Counted from the stretch's first letter, positions 51,001-63,500 are shown. The stretch: DNA of 64,000 nt from Klebsormidium nitens (GCA_000708835.1 DF237305.1:1-64000), one strand, 5' to 3'. Notes: generated from the sequence alone by a model not told the origin. Program-made: numbers and translations.

Positions 51001-53921
51001 GAGCACGGGGCTGCCCAGGCTGGGGCTGCGCGCAAGGGGGCTGGCAGCACTGGGGGGGCGGTACGGCTTCTTTGCCAGGATCAAGGATAGCACGTCCAGC
51101 AGGCGCTCCTGGATGGACGGCAAAAGGACGGGCAGGCTGCGAGAGGCGAGACGAGAAATTGGGTCAGGGGCGAGCTGGCAGGAAAGAGACGGCAGACACA
51201 GGGCTCCTGAAGCGTGTCTTGCGCATACAAGCAGTCTGTCGAACGAAGCTACCGCATCCGACAAGGTCAGGACGACGGCAGAGCTTCATCTGCAGAGCAG
51301 AGTTAGCATGGCATCATCCTTGTTTGCATGCAAAACTTTTCGAAGTCACAAGAGAGCCCCACGAGCCAATGAAGACGTACCTAGAAGCAATCTGCGCGAG
51401 GGACTCGACTAGGATGGGGCTGAGGCCCCCTTGAAAGAGGGGCTCCAGCAGGCTGCGTGCATGCTCGGTGTAGTCAGGCCCCACTGCCTGGGCCAGCTGG
51501 CCCACGCATGCCAGAGCCTCTGGGCAGGGGCGGCCCCGCCGAGAGGGCGCGATCTGGGGGCAGATTCAAAGACGAAGATCGGTGGAGAGCAAATCAAGAT
51601 TTAGACTCGAGAACCCCGACTTTTCCTCTGCCCCGGCAGAAAACTCGAGAAACAAAGAAGCGACACATGCAACTTCGAAGCTGATAGAAAGCGAAGGCAG
51701 AATACCATTCAAGCAAGAATTGAGAGCCAGGCGTGCCACGAGGTTGGTAGGTGGCCTCACCGCTTCTCTTAGGAGAGGCGTGATGGACGGCAGGTATGGC
51801 GTGAGGGCCGGCCCCACTGCCCCCGCCATCTCGCCAAGCGCTGCAAAGCCGGTGGTGCGCTCCGCGGGGTTGCGCATCACGCCCAATAGGTGCTCCATGC
51901 ACACCTGCGGCAACGCAAACATTCTTAATTACACATGTGTGGGCCACCTCCCTAGAAGTAAAGCATCGGCTTACGTTGGAGCATGAGCTGCGGTCGCCAG
52001 AGTAAGAGTGGACTCTCCATGAAGGCACGAGACTCGAATCTCTTGTGCGGAGCTGACCTTGAGGTAGCTGGCCACGAAGCGGTCGCGCAGGAAGTAGGCA
52101 ATGCGGGGCAGCAGTGCTGTGATGCTACGGCGCACCAGGCGCTCTCGGTGGTCGCGGTAGTTGAGCACGATCTTGGCGACTTCTTTGTAGCGCGCCATCA
52201 TGAACTCCCCCGTGTTCCTGGCCGCGCGGACACAACCACCAAGATCAGAGGCTCATCCCCACATAGTACAAGCCCTCGAAACGACCATTTGACAGGATGC
52301 TTCTCAGACAAAGAGAGGGAGTCCAGATCGACAATCGACATGATTGGGGTAGTAGATCGTCCGCTCGATACGACCACTGATCGCCATTATGAACTCGTGT
52401 CCGCTCGGCGCTTCTTAGTGCGGGTTTGCTCATTCCAGTCCATGCAATCGATCATCCCAATTGCGCATCGCAACCTTTTGACATCATTTGTGCGATGTTC
52501 CTCACCTCAGCAGCTCCCCGATTGCTAGCAGCGACCCATGGATGCTTTCCACTGATGCGGTCTTGTTGAGCCCCTTCTGCGTCTCCTCAAACATGCGGTA
52601 GTAGCCCTGCACGCGCCACCGCGTCTCGCGCTTCTCAATGACGCACAGGCAGGCACGCAGCGCGTCCACCGCACGCAGGCGCACCTCCAGCTTAGGGTCG
52701 CGCATCGCTGACCAAATGGCATCGATGAACACCGGGATGTGCACATTGAACACCGTTGGCGCGTTCTCCGCCATCTCCTGCGAAAGGTGCCGCAATTGCC
52801 CGACCTCAGCCCTGTCCAAGAGCATGGTTTTCTGGGCCGCTGATACACGTTTGATCTGACGTTCGTACTCGTACAAGGGCTTCAACGGCCAGCATATGAT
52901 GGTGGAAGGTAATCAAGAAGCCCTGTCGGACACGGACCCCGTACTTTTATGGCTACTAAGCTGCAGTCCTGGTTCACCAGCAGCACAAGCACAAGTGAGT
53001 GGGTTTACAAAGTGTCCCCGAAGTGGAGCCCTCTTTTACCTTGAGGATGAGCACAGCCGCAAACCTCTTGGATTCCACGCGTTCGCCCTGCAACCACTCC
53101 AGTGCACGTTTTACCTGCACAGAAGAAGAGCGCCTCCTTATGTCTTGGCAGAGTAGACTGGATGTCTGTCCATGGAAGAAAGTGGGAGTCATCGCTGGAC
53201 AAGAAGGCACTGGCTATCCTGCTCGCACCCCTGATTACACCACCTGCAAGGCAAACTGCTACCCGTTGGAGGCCCAGCTGATTCATACATTCAAGCGTAC
53301 ACGTCTCCCCTCCTTACTTGGAACTCCACCACATCAGCAGTGAGCGCCCCCCCTTCCCTGGCGAGGTGGCCCAGCGCCACGCTGGCGGCCACCATGACCG
53401 CGGGGTCCCCCTTCTCCTCAAAGATCTGGCGTAGGTAGTTGGCAAAGCGCGAGATCTTGGTGGCATTCTCCCCCAGCTGTACCCCAATCAGCTGGTCGAT
53501 GGCGCGCACCGCTCCCAGGTTGTCCGCCACCTCGCTGCGCGCCACCAGGGCTGAGATGCGCTCAAACAGGGTGTCCATGAAGCGCGTGAACGCCTCCCCC
53601 TGCAGGTCCCGCGCCTCCTCCTCCACGTACTCGCGCAGCGCGGCGGCGCCGTCATCCTGGCAGCAGCGCACCCAGATGAGCGGGTCACTGTCGCAACTTG
53701 GCGTTCCTTACAGGAGAAACCTTCGTACAACATTTGTGGCACTTTTGAGTGCAGCTGGCTTCAATTGGTCCGTCAACGAATCGTCATTTATGTACTTGAG
53801 AGAAATGCTGCCGGGAGGGTTTTGGGGGCCTTACCTCGAGCGTGGGGAGCCTGGTGCACAGGTCCGCCAGCAGCCTCCCCAGGACATCCTGCCCCCCGGG
53901 GGTCTGCCGGACGGGCTGCAT
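36064..53921 (-). CDS. TOR: Target of rapamycin kinase (HEAT-FAT-FRB-PIKK kinase-FATC), many exons
   Basis: Near residue-for-residue plant-TOR motifs: [127 protein letters not shown], and FATC ending LCQSYIG|WCPFW-stop (last exon 36082-36064). Confidence 0.98.
41615..41862. other. Assembly gap (248 N) inside the TOR gene
   Basis: Run of N between coding-looking flanks ...[10 protein letters not shown] and [20 protein letters not shown]. Confidence 0.99.
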
Positions 53922-54772
53922 TGCAACTGCTGCCGTGCTAGCCCGAGCGGGTGCTGCACCATACCATAGCTCCTCAAAGGGCAACTCCGCTACTTCCTCA
54001 TCGCTTACCTTGGGCTGGTGTGATGCATGAGCGGACGCATTCTCAGGCCTCACAGGCGGCCGCGGCTCAAACTCAGAGACCACGGAGAAATCCACGATGT
54101 GAGGAGGGGGGTGCAATGCCTGGGACACTCAAGTGCATGAGTGCAAAGCCCGGGAAACTGAGGTGCCTGGGTTCAAAGCTGGTAAACTCTTGTCACCACC
54201 GACAAGCAATTTTGCAGTCATGCAGCACCCACAAAAAGCTTCATCCAACACTGAGTAGCCACATGGCACACAGCACATGCCTGCATTCAGCGGGACTCAA
54301 CCACAAGCTCTGTCATATGGTGCGCCCAAGGACTAATGTAAGCTGGCTGGCAAGGAGAGATCAGAAAAACCCCACTGTTGATGTCAGAAGAAGGGCCAGC
54401 CATGGGCAGCGTCAGCGTTTTCCCAGCCCTTGCAGAAGCTCGAGCCTCAACTTCAAGGTGCAAATTGGCTCCGTCTCTTCTCAGCCGGCCGGCATGCTGG
54501 ACGGGGTATTCTACCGGGTAGCATGCCCGCCAGCTCTCAGGACCGCTTTCCAGCGCGACTTGGCTAACAAGAAATTCTTAGTCTCAACCGGGGAAATAAA
54601 CCGGTGCTACCAACCTGGTCCGGTGGTAGAAGACGAAACGTCGCGGTTGGATTTGAGGGAGTTCACACGGTGCTCATCCATCTTCGAGACACTTTGCTAT
54701 GCAGGAGCCTGCTTGGCATTGGCAAGAGTTCAACCTTTCATTGTCAAATTCCAACCTCAGACCTCTCCCTCA

Positions 54773-57447
54773 ATGGCGGCTGCTACCAGGCTCCTCTTTG
54801 AAGCCAGCTTTTTACCTTCAACTGGGACTTTCAGCGGAGGGGCTGGACACCGAGAAGATGCAGTCCGGCAGAACGACGGGAACCTTGCAGCAGAGCGCGT
54901 TGGGTGTTCTCACCACCGATGGCACCACCTTAACCCAAAGCCGATTCTAAGAGAGCCCACCGAATGTGGTGGCAGCAGACGGTATGTATGTGGATTGCCA
55001 GGTGGTCAAATTCATGGGCGCCACCGGCGACGTAATTTGGTGGTGGGAGTTTCCCACATGGCGTACCCATCATCAGACAATGAGCGGTCGACCAGCTCCA
55101 GCCTGACGGAGACGTCTGGACAGGTCCTCTTTCAGCGGCATCGCCCCAAGACAAAGTTCCAGTATGCATCTTCACTAGAGCAATTGGGTCTGGCGAGACT
55201 CTCCTCAACGGAGTCTCGAGAAGCGGCAGTGGCGATGGGCATCGAAGAGGTTGGGGATCAGGAGACGCCTGTCTGCATTGGCTTCACTGTTACCAAAGTG
55301 AGGGATTCGCACTGCCATGGTCATCTAATTCTGGCAGCCGGTGGTGCCCCGGTTTCTGCTTCGAATGGACTGGTTCGGAGGTCTTTGCAAACGCTCCTTC
55401 GGATGTCTGGGCACCTGATTGAGGGTGGTTATGTGTTTTGTTTGCACCTGGCCAGTGAAACTCATCCAAGCTCTTTAATATTGTATGCTTGCACTTTGTG
55501 GTCCTTTGACCCTTGAGTCATGAAAAGTTGCACACCTGCCGAGTGGTCATCTCCTGAAAGGGTTCACCTTCGACCACCATCTATCGCGACTGCTCGACGT
55601 TTTCAAGAAGACCTCTGAGTAGATTCTGAAGAGATTGAAGGACTCGTAGGAGCAGACTGGAAGAGTTACTTCTTTTGGAGTTGAAAGCAGTTGAGCAGCC
55701 CTCGTCAACCAACTAGTATGCTTGGGTCTCGACAGAGGTTTATGAAAGTACCCGCGAAGACGCAACGCCTACGGCTGGGAACTGCGATCCCTGCATTCAA
55801 ACGCTTTCCCCAGTGTCAATGTAGGAAGGAAGAGGAGACCTCAGGCTGGAAGGTGCAGCAGATACCGCGCTGATCGTGCCCTGTGCCAGGTAAGGCAATT
55901 CTCTTCCTTCAAACATGGTCTCAGATTTTCCTCTTTCAAAAAGCTGGTGTGGGAGCACATCGCTGGAATTGGTTCACATCGTTGGTTGGGGATCAACTAT
56001 CGAGAATGCATTCGAAAATCCTTATCTCTAGAGAATGGAGAACAAGATACTGTGAACAGTTTAGAACCTGTTTTCCAAAATGAAAGCTGCATTTCTGTTG
56101 GTTGAGAAAGTAGGCTATACATCGGGCTGCAGGTGTGCATGTTCAGTCGGTGTGCCCATCGAGGGTCCGTTCAACCTGCTACTAACTGCAAAACCGCTGA
56201 GAGTGGTGGGCCGCACTGTAGTTGGTATAGTGCGTGGGCGCAAGGATCAGGAGCTGGAGGACCTGGAGGAGGCAGAGGCAATGGCGGGGGCGCTAGACGA
56301 CGAGGCGTATGACCTGGACCTCGACGACAAGAAGTACTTCCCTCCAGAGTAAGCACCATGCGCTTCTCTTGAGAGGATGCACAATTTTTAACATTGCCGT
56401 GGATGAGGGCGTTCTTGACTTCGTGCGTAGTAGACGCGCTCATTTAAATTCAAAGGTCGAAACGAACTATCCTTTTCTACTGAAGCCTCTTCCGTTGACT
56501 TCCTGTTGGGGAGGATGCTCAGAAGGACTGCTCGATCTTGATCCTGGAACAACTGCCTGAAAGTTCACACTTGTCACTTTATGATTGCAGGGCAGCCGAA
56601 ATTGATCTATCGGAGTACATCAGACAGACAATTCTTCTCAAAGTGCCAATCAGGGTAAGACGTCTGCACCGTTAATCCACCTGCACGAAATCTGTAACCC
56701 CCCCGTTGGTCGACTCTGACGATGAATAAGTTGGTGGCAGCTTGGACCTTGGGAGATTTTAACCTGGAGCTGCCATGATGCGACAAGTCTCCCCATCTGA
56801 TTTTATTGGATCGTTCAGCTTCGGGTGCTTTTCAAAGAACTTTAAAGCTGGCATGCAGGACTCAATGATGCACTGTGCAAGATTCTCGGAAGTTTCGCTT
56901 CGAAGATTTCAACCTTGTCCCTTGGCCTATAGCACGTCGTACACCAGTTGCACCTCGAGTGCGTTGGACGAGCTCGTTTGAAAGATGACCGGACAACCTT
57001 TGCTTACTCAGCATCCGATTTTGAATGTCGCAAAGACAAACTTGATAGGGAAGGCCTTTTGATTCGGAATGTAATGTCTTTGCTTCCCAGGTTCTGTGCA
57101 AGGAGGACTGCAAGGGGCTGTGCATAGATTGTGGGGCAGATTGGAACAAGCAAAGTTGCTCTTGTGGTAAGTGTTACAACTCCTCAGTACATCGTTCTTT
57201 TGCTCCCTTGCCACTATATCTTCATTTGGCATTGACCATGGCTATCTAGCGGACTTCGGCTCATTGACCATGGCTAGTCAGCGGACTTCCGCTCATTGGA
57301 CTTGCGAAGGTTTATAGTGAAATTTCTTTCAACTCTCGGTTTGCCTTTGCAGCTCAAAAGAAGAAACTCAACAACACGGGGGCTCCTAAAACCAACTGGG
57401 GGTCGGACCTTGCGCAGCTCCGAGATCGATTACGGAAGGAAAGCTAG
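54773..57447 (+). CDS. DUF177/YceD family protein (plant DUF177A-like, plastid large-subunit rRNA accumulation)
   Basis: Exon 1 (to 55297) has a transit-peptide-like start MAAATRLL and QVLFQR..YASSLEQLGLARLSS..AVAMG..TPVCIGFTVTK. Later exons give DLRLEG..LIVPCARC (CxxC), PFNLLLT, DDKKYFPPE, EIDLSEYIR, VLCKEDCKGLCIDCGADWNKQSCSC and stop at 57447. Confidence 0.88.
57230..57293. repeat. Two-copy 32-bp tandem repeat in a DUF177 intron
   Basis: CATTGACCATGGCTATCTAGCGGACTTCGGCT followed by CATTGACCATGGCTAGTCAGCGGACTTCCGCT. Confidence 0.85.
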
Positions 57448-58575
57448 ACAGCGTCCTGGTGTCCAGCTACGTAAGCTTCGGACTTTTCCCTGTCGATAGT
57501 CCCTGCACAGCAAACCACTTTCCGAGACAAGACTGTCAGCGGTATGGACGGTAACTATCATTGTACAGTGCAGTTCGCTTCGCTTCAAGGCTTCACTTCG
57601 TGGTTCCTTCCAGATATCTGACTAGTGGAGAAAACGACGGAGCCAGTACAGGCCCACTCTAGTTATGCTGGTTGCCCTAGATGGCCGGGAGGCTGCACAC
57701 GGCCGCCCACCAGCCCGCAATTCATTTGTGTCAATGATGCGTGCAGCCTGCCGGCAGATGCCAGCGCTCCATATAAGGCCCGATCGAGCGAGGTTGATGT
57801 GTACTTGCAGTGATCCGTTCGGTTGACCTCGTAATCTATCATGAGTGCAGTCTTTCAGGCTAATGCAGCTCTAGCTGCATCGCATATCATGCAGTCGATC
57901 ATGCATGTTCTGTGCACGACTCGCAATTGACTGCAGCGCCATGGAAGTCGTCATTGAGCAAGAAACTTGGATAGTCCCTAGCTCAACCTTATAAGTGCCA
58001 CAATGGAATTGCGGATTTGCCTGTACATGTGTATACGCAAGTGCAAGTACGTTGATTGAAACAGTGCGGGCCTGCGGCTAGTCTCTTATGACTGGCACCA
58101 AGTGAAGTCTGGCTCAATGCATGTCGGAGCAGTATATTCACATGGCCGGTTGACAGCTCTAACTCGCACGCTGTTCAGCTTGACTTTCAAGATTTTACTG
58201 CCACACCTTGCAGTTTAAGCACCCACTTATAATAGTTTCGAGGCAACTCCTACATGTGTGTGTATCTCTGATGGATCCTTAAGGAGTGGTTCAATCTTAT
58301 GCCCAGAACTCCTTGTCGACCAACCAGATCATAGAACATTGGCCCTTATGGGATTCTACAGTCAGCACCGCTCCTTGGATCGGCACGAGCTTTCTAACAC
58401 AAAGCCAGGCTAAATTGATGCTTCCCATACCAGACCTGTTGGATCTGCAAGGAGGACGTCTACCAGAAGCAGTTTAGCCAGCACAAGTCAATGGTGCAAG
58501 TACAATCATTATCCTGATCGTGGAATAGTATGAAGATACCGCCAACATGGATTGGAAGAGTAACAACTCGATGGG

Positions 58576-59906
58576 CTAATATCGGCCAGCAAACAAGCCC
58601 TCCTCTCTTTGTTCGTTCCACTTTTCAACCTGCAAACAACCTAAAACAAATTAGCATGTGGAAAGGACAACAAGACATAACGCAAGCCACTCTTGCTCCT
58701 TGAATGACATGTTGAGGGGAGTAACATTGCAGATGCTATGACTCATACTGACAACTCTTCTTGCAAGGCCTCACTGCAACTGGATGCACCCATGTTGCAA
58801 CACGTCCAAGCATGCCCAACCTGCTTTGAAGAACAAACAAGCTCTGCAGAACCCCAAGCAAGTGAGCGAAGCGCGTGAGGAGAAAGCTCCAACGGGCAGC
58901 TTACCCATTCACCAGGACAGAGAGATCGATAGTATTTAGCATAGATGGTGCAATCCGAGTTGCCCTCGCCCTTCTCCCCAATGCACCTGGAAAATGAGCA
59001 TGCGGGTTCATCAAGACAGGAGGACATAACAAGGGGATCAAGGGACAGATATTGGAACCTAAGTGCATGGAAGGCACTAGGACGGACGCGGGTCCTTAAA
59101 GCACGGCAAATTCTGTACGAGTGTTGAAAAAGAGAAGCAGTCAAGGACAAGGCTTTCCATCTCTCCTCATCCACTTGTGCAGATTTGGGGGCACCCAGGT
59201 TATCACTTACTTGTGATATTCATTGTAGCGGGTGAAGCAATGTTTTGCCTGGTTCGTCGTTGGAAAACGGTAATCCATGGGCGCAGTCTTGATGTCGTCT
59301 AACTGCGATCATCAAACAGGGCGTCACAACTCCTGACTCTTCAAGCTCGTTGCAACACTGGCAAGCACAGAACAATCAAAGCATGGGCAAACTGCAACTC
59401 GTACTAACACACAACTTCCCAGCTACGACAATCAAATGCTCTGAGGATGAAAAGCGCTGTCCGAACAAGAATAGCAAGAATAGATCAGCACATTTGCCAC
59501 GTGAACGTGGCATTCCGGAGGATCCAACACCTAGTGGTACTCACAGTGATACTCTTCTTTTCTTCCTCCTCCTCCTCCTCCTCAGGCTCCTCTGCCTGCT
59601 CAGCTGTGGCCTCCTCTTCCGGTGCATTTGCAGCCTAGCAATTAGCGGGCAGAATGGCAATAAGCAGATTTGCAAAAAGTTAAATCACAAGCTGCCAGCT
59701 AGCGTAGCACATATTTGCGTGCAATCCTTTGTATCCAACTTTCTCTGTGCTAAGCCATATTCACGCAATCATGTACTCTTCTTAAACCAAACAGATTGCA
59801 TTTGACGGCCTCTCTGCCAATCAATGCGTTTGCTCACCTCAGATTCTTCAACAACATCTGGTGCCTCCGCCTCTGCCTCTTCCATTCGAGCGACCGTGTT
59901 CCCCAT
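58576..59906 (-). CDS. COX6B: Cytochrome c oxidase subunit 6B with acidic N-terminal extension
   Basis: Five exons: (MGNTVAR)MEEAEAEAPDVVEESE / AANAPEEE..EEEEEEEKKSIT / LDDIKTAPMDYRFPTTNQAKHCFTRYNEYHK / CIGEKGEGNSDCTIYAKYYRSLCPGEW / VEKWNEQREEGLFAGRY-stop. Start is 59906 or 59885. Confidence 0.93.
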
Positions 59907-60549
59907 TATCCTTGAGATGAGGCACACCTCCTGTGAGATGACCAGCAGCGTTGGCGGTCCCGGTTGCAAATCTGGTTTCTGGCCAAATTTTCTAGTCAAT
60001 CAGCAAAGCTGCCTATTCAGATGTGTGACATCCGAGGGCAATGTTAACGTACCGTGGCAAGGAAGAGGAGGAGCTCAGACTGCTGTGCTCCTGGCCTCCA
60101 ACCTGAGGACTGGCAGTGGGGTGGGGGCCGGCTTGAAGTTGAAGAACCAGCACTGGCAGCAGACGACCACCATTTCTTTGCAAATGTCGCCTTTGTCAGA
60201 TGAAACTAGATATGCGCACAATTGACCAAGCAAGCTCTCAAGAGTTCCATTGGCTGGCAGACACCCTCCAAACTTGAGACTGAGCTCGATTTGGGTCAAT
60301 CGAACGGCTCACAGTTGTCTGGGCATTGAGTCCTGAATGACATGGTCCAATGCTGATACCAATTGAAATGTACAATTTCAATGTACTGTCAGTAATTCTA
60401 ATAGCGCTAGCCTCATCCTTCATGTACGGTAGTACCGTAGGCAGTACCAACATTCCTACAGCTAGCTTACAATGTACTGTACATTCCTCCTGCATTGCAC
60501 GAGTTTGCACCATTTTGGAAGTTGGGCCAGCATTCTGGCAGTGGCAGCC

Positions 60550-63500
60550 ATGGTGGCCGCCACCTGTGCGAGGCTGCAGCCAGCTATTCTGCGCGGCTTT
60601 GAAAGTACAAAGCTCTCTCCTGTGAATGGTGAGGCTGCGGTTAGTCAGGCATATGCATATGCATATTCTGGTTGCGATACAGAGGAACAGTAGCTGCCAT
60701 TGAGCAATACCCACTTTCCATATGGTGCACCTGACAGCTCACTTTCTGGTGGTCTGATATCCAACGCGGTTTCAAAACTCAGCAATGCTGCGCAGAAGTG
60801 CTGGCGCATCTTCCTCGCTTGAAGAACTGAGTATGATTGGAAGTACTGCACTAACGCTTTGACGCCAACTCGCTTATAGGTGGCCCCGGCCAGCGGCAGG
60901 CACTCGCTGTGCCCCGCAGGTCAAGGAACTCGTGGTCCAGACTGCATTCCAGATGCATCCGTGCAGCCAAGGCTGTTGTAGAACCTGGGCCAACGGCTGA
61001 CTGCAGTGACCAACAAAGATGGACTTCCAACCGCTTCGGCCCCTCACGCAGGGAGCTTCTGGTCGCCACCACGGGAGGGCTGATTGGACTTCAAACAAAT
61101 GGTTGGAACTTGCCCCTCTGATGGTTGCTGGGCGCACCTCTTGATATGATCACTCCTGCTTAAGTGGGGGCCATTGCCCTGATGCTGAAAGAGATCATCG
61201 AAGAAAATGGAGTTTTTGAGGGGCATGCCCTATGTCGTTGCTGACATATGTCCCACTCCGTCGATTGGTGCAGTTGCTGAAGCCCAACCAAAGTCGCTGT
61301 ATGGATTCACCGTCAAGTACAAGGAGGAGGACCTTTCGTTGGGGAAATACAAGAACATGGTACGAAGAACAACGAGCTTTTCAGAGATTCGTCAAGGACA
61401 CTTTCTTGACCGGACACCCCATGTGTTATGAAATCTCAACCTTTGCCTGAAAGATGTGGGAGTTCCAAAAGAGAGGCTGCGACTGTATTCTTTCCTCTTG
61501 TTCAGGCCCGCTACTTACAGCGCCTTGTCCTTGTCTGTGCAGGTTTCGGTCGTTCTCAACATAGCATCTGCGTGACCCCTGCAAAACGTGAACTATCCGG
61601 GTAGGCCATGCCTGGAAAGCAGGGGTACTGTGGCTGCGCACTTCTTGTATTTGTATGTTAAACCTGGAAGTCTGGTTCACACAGAAGCTTGTGATGCTTC
61701 TTTTTTGTAGACTTGGAATGAACTTTCCACCAGGGGACGTCGCGTGGCTTAGTTTGAGGTAACCACAGGTTCTCAGCCAATGTTTCTCCTTGCCAGGTCT
61801 TCGCTACTTGTTCAACAAGTACAAAGATCAGGTATGGAAACCCAACACAACATGCAACTTGAGTTCAGAGTATTCATGGCCATTCAAAATTCACCAGCTT
61901 CTTGGTGGATGGGTGTCACAAGAGGGGCAGGGGCGTTCTCAAGCAGCCGAACGTATCCCAAGACTCGTAACTTGTCATTGTCTTTGGACCCTCATTCAGC
62001 GTGTTTGGTCAATCTAGTAAACAGGGACGAGTGGTGCCGTTTGTTAGGCCCTTGCACGGCCTGTTTTATATCTATACCATTTTTAAGCAGTGGTGCATCG
62101 GCCTGCAGGGGTTCGCGCTTCTTGCTTTCCCATGCAATCAGGTACGATCGAACACCTGTATTGTCTTTTAGTGACGAACAGATCCGTTGGCACTAAAAGG
62201 AGGTTCTGGCATTTGAATCAGCATAAGACTCTGTTCCCAAAACTTTTTGAAGGGCGAGGTTGGCTTTTATTCAGCTTCTTCGATAAGAAAAGGGCTGGTA
62301 GTTCTCCAGAAAGCTACCTCGAAGCATTTGAACCGGGTCCTGGGCCGTCGAGCTTACTTCGTCTCAGCCTACTGACCGCCCTCGATCTCTATGTCCGTCA
62401 GTTCGGAGGCCAGGCTCCAGGCAGCAGCGACGAAGAACGGGATTACGCATACTACAAGTTCGGCTTTGAGGTGAGCATCTATTCGCTTCCAGCACCTTCT
62501 CTAACATCTTGTAACACGAGTGCTGTGACGCAAGGACTGAACTGCTCAGGTCCTGGATAGCAAACAACATCAATCGAATATTTGGAACACCGCTGAAAAT
62601 ATTTGCGGATACTTCTGCTCATTCTGCTCGAACTCCGCCTGACCCCGTATCCTTTCTTCCGCTCATGACAGTTCCCCGTCTTCGACAAGGTGAGCCTGGT
62701 TGCCGAAGTTGTTGATGCTGCTCATCCACGGCCTCGGTATGGCCCATACGGGTGGGTCTTGCACGAGCGCGCCGCATGTTCGCTGCGATTTCAGCGCCCT
62801 CGTGGTGCGAAGGCAACCATGCTGCCCGTAGATTGTTAGGATGTGCTGAGGTTGTCGCTCTGCCATATGCGCTCGATTTCGGATGGTAGCTGCTGGAGGG
62901 GCGATCATGCGTCCGCTGTCGCCTCTGGGGCAGATCGACGTAAAGGGTCCTGCGATGTCACCTGTGTACGACTTCCTCAAGTCGAAGCAGCCGGGCGAGA
63001 TTGAATGGAACTACGTCAAGGTGGGTGCTATTGTGGACGTTGGTCGCAGATAAGATGTACCGAGTGCCTGTCTCATGTGAGGCATAATACCCACAAGTTG
63101 ACGCCTTGCTTGCTGGTGTAAGGAAAGGACAGCCGGCCGTTCGGGTTCGTCGGGCTGAAATTGTAGGAAGCGAAGGAGCAAGGCCATAAGAAGCGTCTGG
63201 GCTTTTCCCTTATTGGATATGACTACAAGGCCTTTTCTTATGCTCGTTCAGTTGTGCTCTTTCTGACTCGCACCACATGACAAGTTTACAGTTCCGCGAC
63301 TCTTGTTCGAGCTGTCGCAACCTTCGGAAGCGAAGCCTTGGGCCCTTTTTGAGGTTGGTCGCACGGACATGGATCGATGCAAAAGTTGCCTTTGCGAGCG
63401 AGGACATTGAGAACTAAATCACGATCAGAGGTGATCTACTTCGTCCCGCTAGGTTGGAAGAGAAGCGTATAAAGTCCGACCGCAAACGAATCTGCGAACC

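Noticed and set aside
36261-53969. Many plus-strand and off-frame ORFs across TOR
   Set aside because: Shadows of GC-rich TOR exons; no independent motifs.
53951-55516. 521-aa ORF as an independent intronless gene
   Set aside because: Its 3' part is DUF177 exon 1, spliced at 55297; the upstream open frame is reported separately as a finding.
61573-61575. GPX as a nonsense pseudogene
   Set aside because: The only stop is at the catalytic codon and all other exons and splice sites are intact.
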